Source: Adineta vaga (lineage: Eukaryota; Animalia; Rotifera). Taken from it: 64,000 nucleotides of DNA. Numbering within the stretch: position 1 is the first letter of the stretch; each line of letters opens with the position of its first letter. Under the pieces are notes generated by a model. It was not told the origin of the DNA. It saw nothing but the letters and a program-made list of their open reading frames with translations, and searched no databases. The stretch is taken from NCBI GenBank assembly GCA_021613535.1, contig CP075495.1, positions 14,012,001 through 14,076,000 of the forward strand, in the 5' to 3' direction. Shown in pieces: positions 1 to 14,120 of the stretch. Made by a program: the position numbers and the translations under genes.

Positions 1-1044
1 ACAATATGCGATCGACACTTCGTGCTTTACTTCGTAAAAACGACATTCACATCACTTTTTTTCCTAAAGAAATCAAAGTTTTTTCTCATTATTAGAAGAT
101 TATCCAATGGTAGATTTTATTCATCAATCATTACAAGATGGTCTCGCAACTTTATCTACACATCTTCCTTCACAAATCGATTTATTCGCATGTACACAAA
201 GATCAAAACAAGCAGTCGAATCATTTAGAAATAAGAAGAATTTCAACTGGAATATCGCACCATTATCAAGTGAAAATAAAACGAGAACAAGTCGATTTGT
301 TTATTTGAGTTATTCTAAAATGAATGAAAAATGGAGTGTAATTCATACAATTGAACGACTTATAATGGCACTTGAAACAAATCATTTTTATACAGGAATT
401 CAAGTGAAAAGTTATAATAATACAAGTAAAGAACACGAGAAGTGAGTTAACTATTTGTTTGAATTTGACGTCTGAAGAAAAGAACGTTTCAATAAGAAAG
501 ATTTCGTGTATTTTCTAGTCATTATTTACCTAAAATTCCATTGAAATCTTCTTCAACGAATATCAATTCTTCGTATTTAAATGATTTTAATCAATCATCG
601 ATTAATATTCATCATAGTGTTAGTTCACGCGATATTCGTGATTGTTCAGTTATGATTATTTGTTTAACACCGAAATATTTTTATAACGAACTCTGTTTAA
701 ATGAATTACGAATATGTGAAATTTATCAAAAGCCGATTATAATTTGTTTGTTAAGACATATAAATTCTTATCATACGAAAACGACATTAAAAAGTAGTGG
801 AAACTATGATGAACAATTAAATATGTTTATTCCAGCTAGACTTTCAATGCCAACAATACAATTTTTACGAAAAAATATTCGAACATCATGCATTGACTTA
901 TCGACAGATGATTTATTTTCACGAAATTTTCGAATATTATTACAAAAATTGCATACAATGCTTAGCAAATATGAAAATCAAATAGATACATCAACTGATA
1001 TTTTAACTGCGAATATTTTTGATCAGACCAGTGAAATTTTCTGA
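1..1044 (+). CDS. TIR-domain protein, 3' part (5' end outside window); exons ~96-441 and 519-1044
   Basis: Spliced translation has TIR-like motifs: FVYLSYS, IRDCSVMIICLTPKYFYNELCLNEL, KPIIICLL; GT-AG intron 442-518. Confidence 0.65.
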
Positions 1045-1287
1045 ATAAATTCAAATAAAAAAGACTGTTTGTTTGACTGACTGAAACTTAATTTTGAATT
1101 GGTGTTACATTCGATAGATGTCGTTAGAATTTATTTTAAATTGATATTTAATGAAACTATTGAAACTAAATTTATTTTATTTCGAAGAAAATAATCACTT
1201 TCGTTTTAATCAGAACTGTTTTGAAATCAAAAATATTATTATTTTTAAATGAAAAAAGTATAAAATGAATTTCTCATGGCTACGACT

Positions 1288-1296
1288 AGCCAATCA
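1288..1296 (+). promoter_or_regulatory. Putative CCAAT box upstream of SEC16
   Basis: AGCCAATCA matches the NF-Y consensus about 130 bp upstream of the SEC16 ATG; motif match only. Confidence 0.3.
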
Positions 1297-1426
1297 AAAT
1301 AAGAAAAAAATGCCACGCTTTAATCAATCCATTCTACTACACTACGCTACAACGCTTATTTAGTAATGTAAATGACACGTTTTCTTTTTTGTAAATTCTC
1401 ACATAAAAGTTCCTTTTTTTTAACAG

Positions 1427-4400
1427 ATGATGGATCAATCGACTTCTGATCATCCTCAAACGTTACCGCCTCCTATGGCTCATTACATTCCTTCGTTACC
1501 TCCAAATCTCACCATAAATTCACAACAACAATATCAACAGCAACAGCAGCAGCATCCGCCACCGCAATTGCAGCAGCAACAACATCCGCCGCTGCAACAA
1601 CAGCAGCAGCAACTACAGCATGCACCGCCCCCACTACAACAACAGCAACAACAGCCAACGCTTCCACAAACATCAGAACAACCTGTATCTATTCAATATC
1701 CTCCTACAGCTGTTGCTAGTGCACCTGAAACAGATCAATCAACAAATCTATTTAACGCTCATCAACAACAAATGGCAGCAATGATGCAAATGCAACAACA
1801 ATGGGGAGCGGGAGGTTTTTCTGCACCTTTCATGATGCCATATCCTCAAGGAATGATGATGATGCCACAACAACCTGGAATGGATCAACCAGGATCACGG
1901 CAATCATCGCGTCCAGCATCTCGTCAAAGTGTAAATGCGCCTGTATCATCATCGAGATCAATGGTGAATGGACAAACTGGTGGTCAAACACAAGCAGCTC
2001 AAGGAATGTTACCAACACAAGGATATCCGGGTTATATTCCACCAGGAATGTATAATCCATGGTTTGATCCATATTGGCAATCGATGTATGCTAGTTATCA
2101 ACATCCATATAATTTTGGATATAATGATGAAATGATGAAATATTGGTCACAAGTGTCACAACGTGAAGATGATAGACTTAGTCATCATTCTGCTGCTCAA
2201 TCCCAATCAAAACAATCTCAACATAGTTCATCAATGCATACATGGGGTTCAATTGATTCACTTAATGATCCGTATTAGTAAGTCATTGATTTCATTTGAA
2301 ATAGTCGCATAATCATTTTCCTTCTTAGTCAAAATCATAATGCGTATGCGAATGGATATTATCCATCTAAACAACAACAACAACCACAACCTACTGCAAA
2401 TGCAGTGAAAAGACAAACTAAGACATCTGTAGATTCTAATGCACTTTTAACAACAAACTCAATTCCTAATCAACAAATACCAACAGTAGAATCAAAGACG
2501 AAAACAACTAGTGCATCGAAAACGAATGGAAATGGAAGAGAAGAAGAAGACGACGACGACGACGACGATGATAATGATGGAGAAGATGACGACGATGAAG
2601 ACGAGGATGGATCTGAAGAAGAAAACTCAGATGATACAAGTAGCGATCGTTTTAGTATAAAATCAGATTTAGCACAAATAAATGAAGAATCATCGAAAGC
2701 ACGACGAACTCCACCTCTCTATATTCGACCTCATCTACGTGCAAAATTTGTATTTGATCAACTCATTCAAGTTTTACCACAATCACCTAGTGATACTAAT
2801 CAACCAGCAACTGTTGAAATTATTTCTGCCAATGTAAATTATCAGTAAAACTATTCGAAAAACGATTGATAAATATTTCTTGTCCATTTAGAGTTTACAT
2901 TCAATGGCACCATCATTAGTTGATGAACGACAATTAATGTCGGATTTCATCGGTCCATTAACTGCGTATGATGAATTTCAATGGAAACATTCAAACGAAA
3001 TGAATTTTTAATTTTAGATCAACTGCAAAATCTAATGTAATTCGTTATTGTGAACGTCAATCTCAATTAGCAAACAAAGCTATTCATATTATTGATCGAG
3101 ATGCTTTATCAATTCTTTGGCAATATATGGCCTTACTTGTTAAAACGAATGGAGTATGTTGAATATATATCTTTTAAACTCATGTACAATTTTCCTTTTT
3201 CTCCAAGGTTATTGATGTTCGTGTTGACATTCCAAAAATCCTCTGGTCATCAAGTAATACTCCAGTTGTTGACGAATCTTCATTACAGAATACTTCAACA
3301 TCATTATCTTCGTCAACATCAGAAAATTCCTTACGTGAATTTCTCGCTCTTGGTGAAATTGATACAAGTATTAAATTCGCTTGTGAAAATCAGCTATATA
3401 CTCATGCACTTATTATTTCGTATTTAACCGATCGACAATTATTTGAAAAAACAATTCACAAGTAAGAACAAAACAAAAATAGAGATTTTATTATTTTGAT
3501 TTTCTTTTCGTAGTATTATATCGAATCTTGATAATGGTGATGTATTGAAAACATTTTATGAATTAGGAGCAGGTTCAACACCATCGGTTGTTTCAGTAAG
3601 TTATATTGATCATCGAATTGTTCGATGATAAATTTTTCTTTTTAGAATGTGACGAAACCACATTATGGAGATTGGAAACGTCATTTAGCAGTTATATTAG
3701 CAAATCGTACAGATGTCAATGCACAATTTGTTGATCTCTGTGTGAAAACAATGGGTGATACACTTGGTAAATTTCTTCTAGATTTCATTTGTTTTCTTGA
3801 AAAATATGTCGAATATATTTAGTCACATCTGGTCGAATTTATGCGGGACATTTTTGTTATCTAATTGCGAATATTCCATTCGGATCATATCGAAACAATG
3901 CAGATAAAATTGCAGTTATCGGAAGTATTCATGCTGGGTAAAAGACTTATTTTATTCTTTTCATTTTTTTATTTTCTGTTCTGTTTTTCAGTCAATCGAA
4001 TCTTTCATTTGCAACAATTCCAAATTTACAATTAACTGAAGTTTATGAATATTCATTACGAAAAACTTTAACAACATTTATTGTAAATATTTGCATCATA
4101 GATTGACAAATTTTTCTTTTTCTTTTCAACATATTCTGCGTTTTTCTTTAGCCATTGAAAATCTATTATACATCAAAATTAGTTCTACATGGATTGAAAC
4201 GAGAAGCACTAGCCTATTGTGAAGAAATTGGAGAAACATTGATTCGACAAGGAAATACTTCTTTTGTTCAATTAGTTGATTTACAATTATTCATATTGGT
4301 AAAGTTTCATTTTGTTTTATATCGAAAATCTTTGTTGAAACTATTTTTCTTTGCTTTATATTAAAGATTGCAGAAAAATCGCGAATATTTAGTCGAAATT

Positions 4401-5457
4401 TTCAACTTGATCCTGGATCGTATAAAGAACCAACATGGTTGATAGAATTAAGACGTATTATTCAAAGTTTATTGGTATATACTGACTAGATTCTTATTAT
4501 AAGGTTAAAGTTATGAATATTATTTCTATATATAGGATAATGCATTTTTGAATAAAACAGTACGCGATGAATCATTTAATTCATCTGTACAAACTAATCG
4601 AGAAGCTACGAAAACATCTCAACCACAACAACAACAACAACCAATAAATCCAGCGGCTTGTATGTTTTTTTTTGAAATACCATTGATTCATTTGTTTGTC
4701 TTTTGCAAATAGATCCAGACGTGCAAACATCAAATATTAATCATCGTTCTGAACAAATAACAAATACAGCACCAATATCCTATCCATCTGCAATACCGAC
4801 TACTAATGTATGTTTTTTTCTTATGAAAGTTTAGTTGAACAATCTATTGTTCATGCCTTAAGATTACAAATGGTTATGATCCATCAAATCAAATTCCAAC
4901 CGACCAAACAAATTATTCAAATCCATCTACAAATAATTATCAAAATACCCTCAAAGGTAACTAGAATGCATCTTTCTCACTAAATATCTATATATGCTCA
5001 ATTCATTCTTATTTAGTTGATACAAATGTGCATTATCCATCCCAAGTTCAATCAAATTATTATCCTTCGCAATATTATCCATCTGATATTCAACAACAAG
5101 AAATACCCACCTATTCTCAACAATGGCCTCAACAACAACAACAACAACAACAACCAACTATTGCTATCCAACCAGATCATTTAAATGTACCATCTCAAGT
5201 ACCTTCAACAAATAATTCATTCTATCAACCACCGGGTGATCATTCACAATACATTCAACCAGGTTTTACCAGTACACCTAATCCACATTCATCTCAACCA
5301 CAACAACAGCAACAATGGTATCCATCCGGCCAAAATGATTCTCGAGACCGTTTACCATCGAATGAGGTATGTATCATTGAGTATGATAAGCAAGAGTGAA
5401 AGTGATAAATCGCAAAAAGACAACATTGACTTCTCTAATTCCTCTAATAAATCTCTT

Positions 5458-5495
<38 letters not shown>

Positions 5496-7413
5496 ATGGA
5501 ATCAATGAAACGTCGGACATCGATTGTCACATTTAATGATAGTGGGACTATACCCGCGCCGAATTGGCAATCATCATCATCATCATCAGCTATGATAAAT
5601 AGTAGAAAGACGTCTTCGACATCAACACAATCCAATCTTAGTACTAATAGTATCAAAAATAATCTCGAACCCACTAATTTTCTTTATCAACAACCACAAT
5701 TAATGTCCTATCCGACGGTATACATATCTCTTTGTCTCGAATATTATCTTCTGCATATATCTAACTTACGCTTCGTTTTCCGTGTCACATTCCTAACAGA
5801 ACACACTTTGTATTTTATTATTTTCTATGATCATTTTAATGGGAGATTCTATTTTAATTATATAATTTATTTCATTTAGAATATCCCAACATCTTCAATA
5901 TCGGAAGATTCATTACAACAACATCAACAACAAACGAATGGTACAGTTCCAAAGAAACATGCCTGTTTTGATGATAGTGATGACGTGTTCCCAGTATGTT
6001 TCAACTATAGATATTAATGAAATTGGAAGGTGAACTGTTATTTTTCTCTTCGTTTTTAGAATAACCCAGCGAAATCATCTGATGGAAAAACGAGTGCAGC
6101 TACATCCAGTCAAGCTGCTGCCACCGCTGCTGCTGCCGCACAGAGAGGTGGTATGTTTGGCAGTATTATGAAACGTTTCGGTTTGCAACGACCTGCACAA
6201 GCACATTTACCAGAGGATAAAAATAGAACAGTAAGCACAGTTACATATCATTAATAATTAAGGGCTATTTTTATCCATGAATCATATTCTAGTTAAAATA
6301 TGATGATAAAACAGGTCAATGGATTGATACATCAAAATCAGCCGATGAACAATCAACAACAAAACTGAGACCACCACCGATAGTGTCAACACAGCAAACT
6401 GCAACTATATTGGCACCTAATTCACAACTTCAACAACCTTCGTCTTCATTCAATCCTTCATTACCACCAGGTGCTCCTCAACAACCGTCGTCAACACTAA
6501 GTTCTACAATGCCTCCTGCACCTTCTCAAAGTCGAACATTGAGTTTTGCTGCTGGATCAACCACTACAACCAATGCGAATACACAACCATCTCAAGCCAC
6601 ACCTGCTGCTTGGTCACCACAGCCGAATACTATTACAACTGCCCCTGCATCTGCAGTCGCTCAACCTCCTAGCCAACCGCAACAACAACAACAACAGCAA
6701 AGAGCACCGGGACAATTATCTGCTGCTCAACAACGTCTTCAAGCTCTAAAACAGCAACAACAGCAACAACAGGCTCAAGCCCCACCAGCTCCTTCATCAA
6801 ATCAATATTCACTTAGAAATCGTCGTAAGTTCTTCGTTTCTAAAAATCTGAATTTGATTTTTATAGGAACTTTCTTATTTTCTAGAAACTCAATCGCGTT
6901 ATGTTGATGTACTTGCTGGAACAATAGGTACTACCGCACCAAATCCTAATGTTTCCCTTAATGATCTCATGCCAACACCTTCGGCTGGTATTCCATCTCA
7001 TACATCAGCGAATCAAGCAAATAATTATTTTGTGCCACGTTAGTTTCAATTTTGATTTTGTTTTTCTTTTGCTTCTTATTTGATTGCTAATCAAATAGCT
7101 TATTGCTAGTAACTGCATTTGTCTTGACTGACCTGCTTTAGAAACTCGACTTGCAAATGATTCAACAGATGCTGAAGTTTCATGGATCAATTCTCATGTA
7201 ACATAGTTTAACTAACATGCAAGGAAAAAAACATCAACTAACACGCATGTTTTGTTAGTCATTTCACTCTTTCATAATGGGATTAAAAGCTATTTGTTCA
7301 ATTTTATTTTTCATCTATTGATTATTTCGATATTTCATTTGCTTTTTTGTGTTTTTTAAGATCCAGTACAATCAACAACAGACAATTATGAACAATCATC
7401 ACCTTCATCTTGA
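1427..7413 (+). CDS. SEC16: Protein transport protein Sec16 (ER exit site scaffold), multi-exon
   Basis: Q/P-rich N-terminus; conserved central domain (RPHLRAKF...QLIQVLPQSP...QPATVEI; DFIGPL; WKRHLAVILAN; TMGDTL...HFCYLIA; LQLTEVYEY); C-terminal QAHLPEDKNRT-VKYDDKTGQWID motif; many GT-AG introns. Confidence 0.9.
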
Positions 7414-8383
7414 TCAAAAACTTTGAAATAATTGATGATTTTATCTGTTTCTAAGGTTGTGGTTTTCGAATGAGATCTTTCTTCTTCTTCTTCTTCTATA
7501 TTTCATTGTTATACTTCTTTTTGGGTGGTTGTCGAACATACATACACACACACACACATTCTGTTCCTGTTCGTTTGTTTTTTTCTTCTCGTTATAATTC
7601 TTTCTATATATTTTTTCTCTTAACTGCTTATTTATTTGCATTCATATAACTTGTGAGGAGGAGCCTTATGCGCCTACATTGTCGAACATTGTTTCTCCCC
7701 ACCGAAATCATTTTAGTGTAAATGTATACGTGCGCATCTTATGGAAATTGTTTTGTTTCTTGTGAACGTCAATTTTAAACATTTATGTGATAGATAAGAA
7801 AATGGAAACAACAGATATTATCTATATGTTTATTTCTATTGAAAACAAAATTCTCTACAAACGTTTTCTATTGAACTCTATTTACCATTGTTCATGCAGA
7901 AATAATTGATGGAGTGAATAAAATGTTCTCCTCAACTACAGAAGAATGAATTTTTCAAGGTCAAGTATTTTGGATCACGTAATACATGATAATATTTCTA
8001 AGAAATGTCTTGCCAGAAAAAGAATGTATAACTAATAAAATAACATGTAGTGAAAACCCTGAAATGACACTTATATTTTTCACAACATGTTTTCGTTAAT
8101 AAACTATTTATACAAGATAAGTTTTTTTTTTATCACGATATCGATTTTAATAGACCTTGATATCGAATATCCTTCGCACATGGGTGTATTTTCATGAATC
8201 AAATATGGCAATAGGAATATCTTATCTTGAGAAAAATGAAGGTCAACAATTTCGTGTACATATATATCTACAAATAAATATCGCTCATTATGAATTAGTA
8301 AATTTATCCTATCTCTCTCGAATCGAAAGACAATCACTTTCATAAAAGTAAACTTATAGATCAATACCATTCAAGGTCATTCA

Positions 8384-8653
8384 ATGAAATACTTCGTTTT
8401 CATCGTCGTCATCATCATTTCAACATTCATCATCAATCAAACAATTGCTCAATGTCTTTATCCAGCATGGGAAACAACTTGTCAAAAGTACTGTCTTGAA
8501 AATAAACACTATCGAATTCAAACAAATCAATGTTGGAGCAAAGATCCAAAAAATCTACGTTGTCAATGTAATGATCACGATTTCACTGAAGTAATCAAAC
8601 GAATGTTCATTACCAATAAAGATCTCAATGACGATCAAAACAATTTATCTTAA
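8384..8653 (+). CDS. Small secreted cysteine-rich peptide, CSab-defensin-like
   Basis: Intronless 89 aa; hydrophobic signal peptide; six Cys spaced C-x8-C-x3-C-x12-C-x9-C-x-C. Confidence 0.6.
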   Translation: MKYFVFIVVIIISTFIINQTIAQCLYPAWETTCQKYCLENKHYRIQTNQCWSKDPKNLRCQCNDHDFTEVIKRMFITNKDLNDDQNNLS

Positions 8654-9460
8654 TTTAATTGTAAAATATTAACATTCATTTCTTCATCTCAGACCTTGTT
8701 AATGATCAAGTTTTAATCAATACTAAATAACCTTCATGTAACATACAATATCTTTAGATCAATTTATTCATATATTTACTTCAGTTAAATTAACGAAGTC
8801 TTCTAACCAATCTTTCTTTTTCTAATCATAACTTATTCAAACGATCGTTTTGTATAAATGGGTTTATTTCAAAATTCTTCCTTTCGCTTCATTGAATACT
8901 TTGAATAAAGTTATTTAGTAGCGAAAAGTTTTATTATAGTTATTAATATAAACGGAAGGAAAAATACCAGAAAAATGAAATCGTTTTTTTTCACAAAAAA
9001 TATATTTCTAAATAAAAGACAAGCACACACACGTACAAAAATCAATATGTATGTTAATGATTCCTCGAAGAATTCATTCCGGATTACTTTGAATATAAAA
9101 AATAGGTTTGTTCCATATGTTCATATACAAATCGAACAAATAGAAAACATGAATAATAAGTACGCTCTATAATCAACAGACAAGAGAAAACACATACTTA
9201 ATAAAAATTGATTATCACATTACAAGTGATTTTGTTCACTGTTTTGATTAATTTTTACTGTACGATTAAAAAAGACAACATTGATATTATTCTTTCTATG
9301 GTTATGCAAGCAACCTGAGAGAAGAAGGTAGTCTGAAGTGTAAAGATAAACAAAATATAGAAGCATAAAAGACAACATAAAAGTCTAACTAATCTAAAGC
9401 AGGAAAACTGAATATATATATATATATATATATATATCTATGATTGAAATATTATGAATT

Positions 9461-11509
9461 TCAATTTTCTGTTAAACGACGACTACGTTCAAGTAATTCA
9501 TCATCATCAATATGACCATCGGAATAACGAAAAGAAGAATAATAATTATGCCAAGGTTGTGAACTCTAGATAGAGATAGTGTTGGCTTCAATAGAAAATA
9601 AAAATCTATTTGTCTTACATATGAATCGAGATTACGTCGAAGTGTATGAATAACCTTGTCACTTAATTCGCCTGCAGGTGATTGTTGATGTCGAGAACGA
9701 AATGGATCACGAAGTAATGTCGCACTTGTTATAGGGCGTGATGTTCTACTGGTATAGATGTCTATGAAATAGAAAATAATTAGTAATCAAATTTGATAAG
9801 AATGGAATTTAATGATAAACACGGGGAATTAGGATTACAACATATAAAACAAAACTCTTAAACAAATATTTTACCCGGTATATATGATTTACGATTTGAA
9901 ATTGAAGCAAACTGTTGCTAGAAAATAAAGATTTTCTCTATTATTGATATAGTTTTTACTCATATATATTTGGCAACCTGCTCTAAAGATTTTGCTTTTC
10001 GACTTTGTTCACTATGAATACGATGCAATCGACATATCGCACAATCTTTAGTGGAGTGATATTCTAGACATTTTTCAGAATTAAAAAGCAGACATGAGAC
10101 AAAATGAAAACGATATACCATTTTCTTGATTGTGATAATCACCCTCATCATCACTATTGTTATATAAACGTCTCGTCGATGAACGTGAGTGCGAACGTCG
10201 TTCAGGCGGTCGTTGACGTTCAAAATCAATAGAATGTTCTGATCGTACCGAACGACGTGATGGTGATGGTGAACGTGTTCGTGCTCCTGTTGATCGAATA
10301 CTTCGATTGTGTACTGGAGAAATAGATCGTGAACGATTTGCACCATCATCCAATGAATTTAATGATGCCAAACTTTCAGCACGAGATAATGAATAATCAT
10401 TAACAATTAAACCTTCATTTAAAACAACATGAGAATTCGGTGTACGACCAATAAGATTATTATCAACCTAGATTATAAACAATTTTCTTAAATGTATTCA
10501 CTATTGAATAGACTTACATGTCGTACAACAAATGGTTTTCGTCCAATTGTTTTATCAAGTGGCACAACATACCTAACTTCTCCTGGAACAGCTAATTCGC
10601 GTAATTTTTCTTGTGTTTCACGATGTGAATAATCATTCTTTACTGCTGATGATATTGTATGGGATGTTAATGAACGTGAAACATTCGGTGAATGATTTAA
10701 TGAAGATCTATTCAGTAATAGTATCAATCTGTATAGAAATTAAAAGATTCATTTACCGATTCGGATAAGCAGATGATGGTTTCCATGCCGGTGATTTTGC
10801 GCGTTTTGGCTAAAATAAAATCATAGATACACTTGTTTATACTTATGAAAAAGAAATCGTACACTTTTGTCATAGGAATCGACTGGTTTCGGTTGTTTAT
10901 ATGTTTTTGTTGATTTTCTCAAGCCTCTAGTCTCATCAATAGATGGACTAACGGTAAATTCAAAACTTGGTGAAACTCCTGGAAAGTCAATTGTTCGACT
11001 AAGAAGAACATAACGTCGTAAACCCATATATTGAATTCGTTCCCATGAATGTGGATAGAGAAAATCTTTTGCGCTTGTTTCATAACTTGCAAGTAGAATA
11101 GGAGATGAACCATTGGCTTGTAATAATTCAATAAGAACATGTTCGCCTAGAAAACTATTCTTTTTTCATCTATACAATATTTCTGTCAATACTTACGTTT
11201 TAATCGTTCGATAATATCTCGAGGATCATAACAAGATTTAAATGTCTATAAGAAAAAAAACTTGCCTTGTTACATTCATTCATTCATTCATTCATCCATC
11301 GAATAGAATAAACAAACCTTATCGAAATAAAATTTTTGATCTACGTGCATTGGTAGATGAGGTGGTAATAAACGCGTTCGTTTATGTATACCCAACAGAC
11401 AAATGTTAACATAAATATCACCTTTGCTTGTAAATCGAGTACCGGGTGCATCAATGGCATGAACGTCCAATTCAACAGAATATTTATATGATTTACCTGA
11501 TGTTGCCAT
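9461..11509 (-). CDS. SPATA6: SPATA6-family protein, multi-exon
   Basis: N-terminus VELDVHAIDAPG...DIYVNICLLG...RLLPPHLP...FYFDK, plus LLSRTIDFPGVSPSFEF and RKPFVVRHVD, matches the SPATA6 domain; Ser/Arg-rich tail. Confidence 0.8.
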
Positions 11510-11651
11510 TGCTAGTTTTCCTGATCAGTTTATTTTGTGTAAAAAAAATAGAATTTATTTGTTTTCGAATGTAATCGGTTTTTTTTATAACCGCAGACTA
11601 AAAAGAAATGATCAAATTTGTAAATAGCCATTAGCCAAGAATGAGAGACAT

Positions 11652-11665
11652 GTTACGATGGCAAC
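11652..11665. promoter_or_regulatory. RFX X-box upstream of SPATA6-like gene
   Basis: GTTACGATGGCAAC, near-consensus X-box about 145 bp upstream of the ATG. Confidence 0.55.
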
Positions 11666-12211
11666 CTAATTTGTTATGATCTATAAAAATAAAAATTTTC
11701 TTATTTTTTAATCCAGATATACATTTCTAACTCATTTCTTTCTAAATTATATAAATATAATAATCGACTCGAAATTAGCGACATCTTTCGACAAAAAATC
11801 CGAAATAAGTTTGATTATTTTGGAAGGCAAATTTTATTTATTTTCATTTTAAAAGTTATAAATTTCTTAGCAATCATGAATTCTCTTCGATTAAAACAAA
11901 TCTTTATAAATATAGGCTCTGATCAACATTTTAAATTGTAGTACTGATTGTTCATTCGCTAATACCTTTGTTTATTTCTATCTACTCTTCGTGAGTCAAG
12001 AGAAAAGGATTCTATTATTCATCACTATTCTTCACCCACTTCACTTATCTACACAAACGAATGACTATATATATATATATGTAGATAGATGATTTGTCTG
12101 ACGTGGATATTGACATTATAAAAGTTGTTTTCGGAATCTAAACGACCATAAAATACCAGAAATCGTTTGTATTTATTTTAGATAAGATTTGAAGACGAAA
12201 AATAAAACAGA

Positions 12212-13408
<1,197 letters not shown>

Positions 13409-14120
13409 ATTATTTCATTTTCTTCTTTTGTTTATATAACGTAAGGAAAACTTCTTCAACTTTTGTGTATACATGTCTTTTGTTATATTTTCGTTGTCTC
13501 TATGAAAAAAAAGTCTCGTTTCGTATTCGTTTATTCTTTTTCGAAAATATTTCATGTTCAATATTAAACGAACAAAACAAAACATTTTTAGGTAAAATAA
13601 TGATGATACCATTTTCTTAGTCGATCAATCAGTATGCATTTTGAATGCTATCTCGTTTTTTTTGCATTATTTTCTTGAGCAAAAAAACAAACAGACAAAA
13701 TTTCTTTGTAATATTCAACTTACTTTCGTTGCTAGACATATTTTTTCTTTCTTTCTATGTGTAGTTTTTCGATTGTTTGTTCAATGACAGTTTCAGTAAG
13801 GTATTCTCTTTTTTTTTCTTTTTGCGCTTGTGTCCCTTTTTCATGTTCTTTTTTTCTCTTACGCATATATATGTATGAAACTTTTTCTTTTCCTCTAAAA
13901 ATATATGAATCTATTCTTTCTCATACAAATGAATATAAAATAATAAAAATGAAATTAATGAAAAAATTCGAAGTATTTTTGTTTTTGTTTATATTAAAGG
14001 TCAATACTTCTGGTAAGAGATAGTTTTAATGAATATCTAGTTATTCTTTCTTAGTGAAGAAAATGTACAAAGAAGATCTAGAAAAATTCATGTCCGAAGT
14101 TATTTTTGTGATTGAATAAA

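Noticed and set aside
5456-5674. Minus-strand ORF ending in poly-Cys
   Set aside because: Antisense reading of the CAG/CAA tract of SEC16
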